From NCBI RefSeq assembly GCF_006345805.1, contig NW_021825795.1, positions 1-14,270 on the forward strand: a DNA stretch of 14,270 nucleotides. Reading direction: 5' to 3'. The notes below the pieces were generated by a model, which saw only the letters and a program-made list of their open reading frames with translations, was not told the DNA's origin and ran no database searches. Origin of the DNA: Octopus sinensis (lineage: Eukaryota). Shown here piece after piece: positions 7,918-14,270 of this stretch; the first letter of the stretch is position 1; every line of letters begins with the position of its first letter. The position numbers and the translations under genes were made by a program.

Positions 7918-8568
7918 ACTTATGTTATATTATATTATATATTATTATTAACTGAGATCGTTTATCGAATTATTGGAACACTCATCTTCGAAATAGAAGT
8001 CCGTCAAATACATTAGTTTGGGTTAATCTAAGGCACGAATATTTTTCTTGTTGTTTATACCTGGACTGCCCTGATCCATAAACTCAAAAAGTAAATATCA
8101 TACAAAAGCATTACAGTCTAAAGCTAACGCAGTATTACTAACGGATGTATATTGGCTTAAAGGCGAACACTTTCAAAAACAGATGCAAGTGGCACATTCA
8201 CACTTTCAGTGATACTTAAAGCAAAAATATACTTCTGCAACCGGAAACAAATCAACAATCACTTTTGAAAGCTAACATGAAACTTACCAATGCCATTGCC
8301 AATAACATTAGAAAGAAGGCAATACGCTTTTTTAATAGTCTTAGTGATCCTAATGGTCCGCGAAAATATCTTGTATGTTTCACAAAAACACATCAAATAC
8401 AAGGCTCCAGTTTACTGAAATGATTTTTAAAAAACAGAGATTATGTCGCAATGCAGACAAAAGATTAAACTTCTCCACCATCATGTCTTAGAATGAAGAT
8501 TCTTTAAGTAAAGTTTTATATATATATATATAAAGGCAAAATTAGTAGAGGTCACAAAAGTGACGCAC

Positions 8569-8667
8569 ACATACATACATACATACATACATACAAACAT
8601 ACATACATACATACATACATAAACATACAGGCAGATAAATAGATAGACAGACAGACAGACAGACAGG

Positions 8668-8753
<86 letters not shown>
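8569..8753. repeat. Compound tetranucleotide microsatellite (TACA)n-(GACA)n-(GATA)n
   Basis: Directly visible. Confidence 0.97.
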
Positions 8754-8755
<2 letters not shown>

Positions 8756-9001
8756 ATGGCTAATAAAATGCTTGTACAAGCTTGGCATAGATAGTCTCTA
8801 AGTAATGTTCAGACACATCAGATTTTTAAACACCTAATTCTTCACCAGTGAAATATCCTAGGATAGATTAATCGTTTAGAAGAATGATTAAAATCGAACA
8901 TATGTCGAACAGGTATGACAGACCAATAATACAGGTATATGGAATGCATTTATGTAGATAATAATTTGCTGCAATTTTTCATATTAATTCGTTACTTACA
9001 C

Positions 9002-9193
9002 CTGTTAATGTTTGCCCGCCATTCTCTTTTGATGAATGTGGACAGCACTCAGCACATGATGGTGAGTTATATTAGAATAATTATTCATTTAAACTAAAGT
9101 TTTGTCCTCTGATTGAGTTTCACCTTCCACTATCTTTCAGGTGACTGCATAGTCACCTGGTATGAAAAAAAAGTGGAGAAACTGAAGGAGTAA
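9002..9193 (+). other. Candidate two-exon fragment (9002-9061 and 9141-9193) around a 79-nt GT-AG intron
   Basis: Donor G|GTGAGT at 9061/9062; pyrimidine tract ending TATCTTTCAG at 9140. Spliced reading VNVCPPFSFDECGQHSAHDGDCIVTWYEKKVEKLKE-stop. The position before 9002 is AC, not AG, so the upstream boundary is unsupported. Confidence 0.2.
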
Positions 9194-9669
9194 AGAAAAT
9201 CATAAAGAACAACACAATAACAACCACAACAACAACAACAACAATACCAACAACAGCATAAACAAATCGCAGATTATGAAAATAGCTACATTACTTCAAA
9301 AATAAAAAAAGATAAATAAGACATTACGTAGAAACATGAGTAGATAAGGAAAGCCATATAAATTGGCAGCCATCTTAGCGAAGAGCGAGAGATAACCTGA
9401 TACGCGAAAAGAGGAAAACCCCATAAAATAAACAAAAATAAAGCAACAAAATCAACAAATAATTGTAATAAACAAGCTGATATCCTCGTGTGATATTTAT
9501 TATTTAAAAATTTCATCCAACGCACAATTTTTCTTTCCTGACAGTGACATATTCCATGTCGCAGTGTGATTGATAAACTGAATGTGTCGTCTGCTTTCAG
9601 ATTTCCATCGTCTGTCTTCCTGTTTTCTACCGTTTTTAGCTTCAACACCGTCTACCAACCGATTTCTTG

Positions 9670-9797
9670 TTCATCATCATCATTGTCACCGTTTTCCTTG
9701 TCGTAATCATCGTTGACATCCTCATCCTCAGCATCATTATCTTATTCTCTGGCACTTCATTTATACTTTCTTTTTCTCCATCCATCCCCCTCCTCCC

Positions 9798-9834
<37 letters not shown>

Positions 9835-10008
9835 TTCTTCTTCGTCTTCTACTACTACTACTACTACTACTACTTTTTCTTCATCTTCTTTTTCTATTTT
9901 TCTTCCTCCTCCTCTCCTTTTCCTCCTCCGTCATCACTTTCTTTTCGTTTTTTCTTCTTTTTCCTCTTCCGCTGCTGCTGCTACTACTACTACTACTACT
10001 ACTACTAC

Positions 10009-10071
<63 letters not shown>

Positions 10072-10093
10072 TAATAATAATAATAATAATAAT
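9670..10093. repeat. Compound trinucleotide microsatellite (ATC)n, (TTC), (TAC)n, (GCT), (TAC)n, (AAT)n
   Basis: Directly visible; (AAT)n about 10010-10093. Confidence 0.97.
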
Positions 10094-10201
10094 CCTTTCT
10101 ATTATAGGCACAAGGCCTGGAATTTGTGTAGAGAGGGATAGTCGATTACATTGACCCCAGTACTTGACTGGTTCTTAATTCATTGACCCCGAAGGATGAA
10201 G
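10094..10201 (-). mobile_element. 5'-truncated Nin/Deu-domain SINE fragment
   Basis: Reverse complement TTCATCCTTCGGGGTCAATGAATTAAGAACCAGTCAAGTACTGGGGTCAATGTAATCGAC aligns with 6724-6785; followed by an (ATT)n tail. Confidence 0.85.
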
Positions 10202-10212
10202 TCCCCGAAGCC

Positions 10213-10342
10213 GCGGAGGTCGGACTTTGCCTTTCATCCTTTCGGGGTGGAAATAACAATGTACCGTTTGAGTACGGAGGGTCGATGCAAACGACTTACC
10301 TGCTCCCTTAAATTGCTGGCTTTGTGCCAAAATTTGAATTAA
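10213..10342 (+). mobile_element. 5'-truncated Nin/Deu-domain SINE fragment
   Basis: GAGGTCGGACTTTGCCTTTCATCCTTTCGGGGT aligns with 6708-6739; runs into the (TTC)n tract. Confidence 0.85.
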
Positions 10343-10627
10343 TTCTTCTTCTTCTTCGTCTTCTTCTTCTTCGTCTTCTTCTTCTTCGTCGTCGTCGTCG
10401 TCGTCTTCTTCTTCTTCTTCTTCTTCTTCTTCTTCTTCTTCTTCTTCTTCTTCTTCTTCTTCTTCTTCTTCTTCTTCTTCTTCTTCTTCGTCGTCGTCGT
10501 CTTCTTCTTCTTCTTCTTCTTCTTCTTCTTCTTCTTCTTCTTCTTCTTCGTCGTCGTCGTCGTCGTCGTCTTCTTCTTCTTCTTCTTCTTCTTCTTCTTC
10601 TTCTTCTTCTTCTTCTTCTTCTTCTTC
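10343..10627. repeat. (TTC)n tract of 95 triplets with GTC interruptions
   Basis: Directly visible, 285 bp. Confidence 0.98.
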
Positions 10628-10680
10628 GTGGTATTGCCACTGTCCATGTTGCTATGCCTATTGTTAATAATATCGTTCTC

Positions 10681-10952
10681 GGAGGCGAGCCAAAGGGCTT
10701 GTTTGAACTCGGAATAAATGCCTTGTATTTGTTCCAATTTATCGCATACTGATTTCAAATCCAGTCGAGTTCAATTTTGCCTTTCCTCCTTCTGGGCTCG
10801 ATTAAAATAAAGTAGCAGTCAAGTAAGGAATGATGGATAGACTAACCCGTTACCCTCAAATTGCGAAACCTTGTGCCAAAATCAAAAAGAACATTTTCAT
10901 AACGGCGGTGCACCAGCATGGCCGCAGCTTTGAGCTGAAACTAGAGAAAAAA
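10681..10952 (+). mobile_element. Old, diverged Nin/Deu-domain SINE with extended 3' tail
   Basis: Head GGAGGCGAGCC; GATTTCAAATCC (decayed B-box); TTGCCTTTCCTCCTTCTGGGCTCGATTAAAAT; CCTTGTGCCAAAAT as at 10320-10332; ends GCGGTGCACCAGCATGGCCGCAGC...CTGAAACTAGAGAAAAAAA. Confidence 0.7.
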
Positions 10953-10964
10953 ATTATTATTATA

Positions 10965-11970
10965 CCGCTCAACAGCCAATTTTCATCAGGGATATTATAT
11001 GGTGTTTTATATGCAGTTTTGTCCGCAGATTTCAAAAACGTAATCAGTTTCCTTCTATCAGGTACAGTTTTTCTGATGAGATAAGAGAGGTATATAACTC
11101 TCATCAGTAGTATCGCTGCACGTAAACATCTTATACAGGTAAATTCTGACTTCTGTTTTATAACTATTTGTATTCATTTTGTAATTTTATGTTTTCATAA
11201 TCTTTTCTTTTCATAAAGTTTAATTTTATCATGTCTGTCATTTACCACCAAAGCTCAGCAACGTGCCATCACAAGTGAAATCAAGAAGATCTACCAGTTA
11301 TATTTTGGCTGCTCTCTTGGGGATCAAGATAAGAGTTGGGCAATATGAAACCATCCATTCTCACAGGACATTCAGTGCACATGAAGGAGTGTTATGAAAA
11401 CATGCGAGTACTCCTCAATGCCATAAAGTATACAAACTACAGCTGGAAAATATGTGGAGACTTGATGGTGATTGGAATGTTGATGGGAATGCAACCTGGG
11501 TTCACGAAATATTGTTATTTTTTATGCCTATGGGACAGTCGTGCAACTGACAAGCACTATGTGCAATCAGAGTGGCCTTTGCGAAAATCATATGAGCCGG
11601 GAGTTTCTAGCGTCCAGAGTAAGCCACTTTTAAACCAAGAAAATTTTCTTCTTCCCCTTCTTCACATAAAGCTTGGCCTCATGAAACAATTCGTGAAGAC
11701 ACATGCCAGGAAAAGCTCAAAAGGTTTTGAATATATGAAGGCCAAATTTCAAAAAATCACCGAGGCAAAACTGAAGGTGGGCGTATTCATAGGTCCGCAG
11801 ATAAAAGAACTCCTGAAGAACAACCACTTCCTTATATCATTGGATGAGATTGAGCTTAAACCTGGGAATCCTTCAAATGGCTCTGAAAATTTCCTAGGCA
11901 ACAAGAGATCTCTAGAATTTAGATGTGGAGTGAAATGTCTTCGAGACTCCTACGCTGCAATGGGCTGTCG
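10965..11970 (+). mobile_element. Internally deleted, 3'-truncated DNA transposon; Chapaev3-like (CMC superfamily) transposase pseudogene
   Basis: N-terminal piece FTTKAQQRAITSEIKKIYQLYFGCSLGDQDKSWA (11241-11342), then a frame change to HSVHMKECYENM...ICGDLMVIG...GFTKYCYFLCLWDSRA...LPLLHIKLGLMKQFVK...GVFIGPQIKEL...FLGN...MGCR. I recognise these as a widespread invertebrate DDE transposase family. Family name is from recall; the left boundary is approximate; the conserved C-terminal His-rich/catalytic Glu region is absent. Confidence 0.8.
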
Positions 11971-12604
11971 GAGCCAGATCATTTGACCATTAGTATTCAA
12001 TAGGGCTATTATGGCTGAATCACTGAGGAGTTGTATTTGAGAAAAAGATAATGTGGCGGGGAGAGGGGAGGAGGGGGAGAAAAAGCATGCATGAAGAAAG
12101 CAAGATAGAATGGGCAAGATAGAATCGAGGCGGGTATTACTAGCAATCAATTAAAGCGTGTATATTGTGTGCGGTGAGCGTGTTTACAGTATGAAGTAAT
12201 AGAGGTGTATGTTGGCGTATTTACTTGTAAGTTTACAATGGGTGGGGGTAGGAGGGGGAGACAGGTGAAATATGAGGAAAATGCTTATATAAATGGTAAG
12301 GAAATGTACAGAGAGAAGTATGTAAACGATAATAAGGACTTAAATGGAAGAATAAGAGAAAAAATGGATTTTATAAAAATGGTAAGGAAAGATACAGAGA
12401 GAAATATGTAAGTAACAAAGAGGAATTAAAGAGAAGACATAATGTTGGTTTAATAAATAGTGGTAGCGAGGGTGAATAAGAGGGAAAATTTATGAAGGTT
12501 AGGGGAAAAGGCGGGGGTAGAGTTGTTATTTGTATTTTGAGAATAGATCTAGTGATCGATGTTTGCAGGTAAACTATACTGCTGCGCTCATTAAGACAAT
12601 CTGT

Positions 12605-12633
12605 GGATTGAAATAATATATATATATATATCT

Positions 12634-12665
<32 letters not shown>

Positions 12666-12804
12666 AATTATATATATATATATAGATATATATATATATA
12701 ATGTAGATATTAGATATATATGGAGAGAGAGAAAGAGAAAGAGAAAGAGAAAGATAGATAGATAGATAGAGATAGATATAGATAGATAGATAGATAGATA
12801 GAGA

Positions 12805-12886
<82 letters not shown>

Positions 12887-12897
12887 TGTATGTATGT
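12605..12897. repeat. Compound microsatellite (TA)n, (GAGAAA)n, (GATA)n, (TA)n, (TATG)n
   Basis: Directly visible. Confidence 0.97.
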
Positions 12898-13029
12898 CAT
12901 ACCACTGAAATGCATACACAATTGTGTGTAAGAGTGTTTATGTTCTTGCATGTCATATCAAGGTGTCCTTCCCTATTTTATTGAATGTCGAATCACGTGC
13001 AAAATTAATTAGCGAATGCTGCTTACGGG

Positions 13030-13430
13030 ATTTTGACATTTTATATGACCATAAGATTATAAAAATCTCATTTATTATAACATAATCTACCCTGCTATAT
13101 CTTATGGATATTTTACTGCCAATGGATTTTATCTATACGAGATGTTTATTATATAACTTCGCAGTCATTCTATTCTTCGTTTCACCAAAAAAACAAAAAA
13201 CACTTAGCACATAAATTCCACAACAAAATTGCATATAACACTATGGTGGCGTAGCATTTGGCTCCTGTTTGGGATCTCAGTTTGCTAACCTTTATTTGTG
13301 TGTCAGGGAAAACAAAAATAAGCTGCATTGCAACTATAGTAATAACCAGTCGACTGTATAACTCACCTTTAGTCGAAAATATATGGTGAATTTTCCAAAA
13401 AAAGATAAAGAAATCTAATAAAATCTATTT
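13030..13430 (+). mobile_element. Highly decayed Penelope-like element reverse-transcriptase relic
   Basis: KFHNKIAY (13213-13236) frameshifted into YGGVAFGSCLGSQFANLYLCVRENK (13242-13316), resembling the Penelope RT motif F.F.N..Y.Q..G..MG...SP..ANL....E. DFDILYD near 13029 is a possible motif-3 remnant. No intact YIDD motif. Boundaries uncertain. Confidence 0.5.
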
Positions 13431-13731
13431 GGTTGCTTCTGACTGTCTGGTTATATATGCTGCACTGGGCACAAACGTACACATCCAAACTATTCCTTTA
13501 TACACTTTAAAATAAGTGTAAAATAAAGCAGAGTTTTCTCATAAATTTCAATGTTTCTGCTTGATTTCCTTAGCAAAATTAATTCAGACGGAAATTTTTG
13601 TATTTTTGCTTCAACGTTAGCACTGATGCGGTGGTTTCTATTTTCAGTTTTGTGATGACGGTTGTCGAAACCCGACCGGAAGTCAGTTAGTAATCCAGGA
13701 ACAGACGAAAAACTAATAATATAAATAATTA

Positions 13732-13770
13732 TGATGACGACGACAACAACAACAACAACAACAACATCAC
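13732..13770. repeat. (GAT)(GAC)(CAA)n trinucleotide tract
   Basis: Directly visible. Confidence 0.9.
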
Positions 13771-14114
13771 CATTCAGCAACAAATACGACAGTAGCAGAC
13801 CAATGTGAATTAACAGTACAGGTGAACTGAAATCTGACACAAAACATAATTTTTTAGTTGCTACCTCAATATTCCCTTTTAGAAAAAAAAAAACTCAAAC
13901 ACTAAATACACAAAACAAAACGAAATAATCTTTCTTTGCTTTCATCTTTGTTTACTGGAATAGCTCACATACATACAAGCTCAGAAACGCGCTCACGAGT
14001 AATTACGCGCGCGCACGCACACACACACATATATACGTACTTGTATGTATGTGTGAGTGTGAGAGTGAATGTATAATATCAAGTAACCTTGGCCTTTGAG
14101 ATAATTCCTACCTA

Positions 14115-14158
14115 AAATATACATAATATATATACATATATATAATATATACATGTGT

Positions 14159-14208
<50 letters not shown>

Positions 14209-14260
14209 CTATATACATGTATATATAGATATCTATAGATATCTATATATATAAATATAG
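14115..14260. repeat. (TA)n-rich microsatellite
   Basis: Directly visible. Confidence 0.95.
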
Positions 14261-14270
14261 TCATTTGAAA

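Noticed and set aside
8282-8375. Minus-strand GTAAGT donor preceded by a hydrophobic reading (RLLKKRIAFFLMLLAMAL)
   Set aside because: A few GTAAGT hexamers per strand are expected by chance in 14 kb of AT-rich DNA; no consistent exon chain or homology.
8853-9001. Possible U12 AT-AC intron (ATATCCTA...TTACAC) before the 9002 exon candidate
   Set aside because: The upstream frame has an in-frame TGA directly before the junction, +8 is A, and there is no good TCCTTAAC branch point.
9286-9648. 120-aa minus-strand hydrophobic ORF
   Set aside because: Non-ATG start, composition expected from T-rich DNA, no motif recognised.
9642-10758. Poly-M/I/S/N/R/L/K ORFs
   Set aside because: Trinucleotide microsatellite translations.
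11074-11107. CTGATGAG...CTCATCAG inverted 8-mer containing hammerhead-like cores on both strands
   Set aside because: No GAAA or stem III follows on either strand; it lies in the transposon 5' region. Other CTGANGA hits at about 9724, 10983, 11813 and 12023 fail the same test.
13490-13840. 116-aa minus-strand ORF with an apparent signal/TM segment
   Set aside because: The hydrophobic part is the (CAA)n/(GAC)n microsatellite read antisense; no homology recognised.
1-14270. CRISPR arrays, rRNA, intact tRNA genes, prokaryotic operons
   Set aside because: No regularly spaced repeat-spacer array or complete RNA gene fold; the tRNA-like boxes all belong to SINE-type repeats.

Overview
Eukaryotic, AT-rich, microsatellite-saturated non-coding DNA. 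The SINE families present (CORE-, Nin/Deu- and V-domain tRNA-SINEs in forms I associate with octopus) suggest an octopod cephalopod; this is inference from recall, not a database result. No intact protein-coding gene can be supported, and most ORFs in the track are microsatellite artefacts. Supported content: a decayed CR1-group LINE reverse-transcriptase fragment (about 1984-2712), several tRNA-derived SINEs (one with a perfect 17-bp target-site duplication), an internally deleted Chapaev3/CMC-like DNA transposon (about 10965-11970), a probable Penelope-like RT relic (about 13030-13430), and many simple repeats. The most notable signal is a type I hammerhead ribozyme at 183-240 (+) with all conserved core nucleotides intact, plus a degenerate hammerhead-like motif at 7093-7172 (-). 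The window also holds several fold-back structures: a 234-bp inverted repeat, a strand-flipped trinucleotide minisatellite, two inverted SINE pairs and a perfect 26-bp hairpin. A speculative mucin-like exon chain on the + strand is noted at low confidence.
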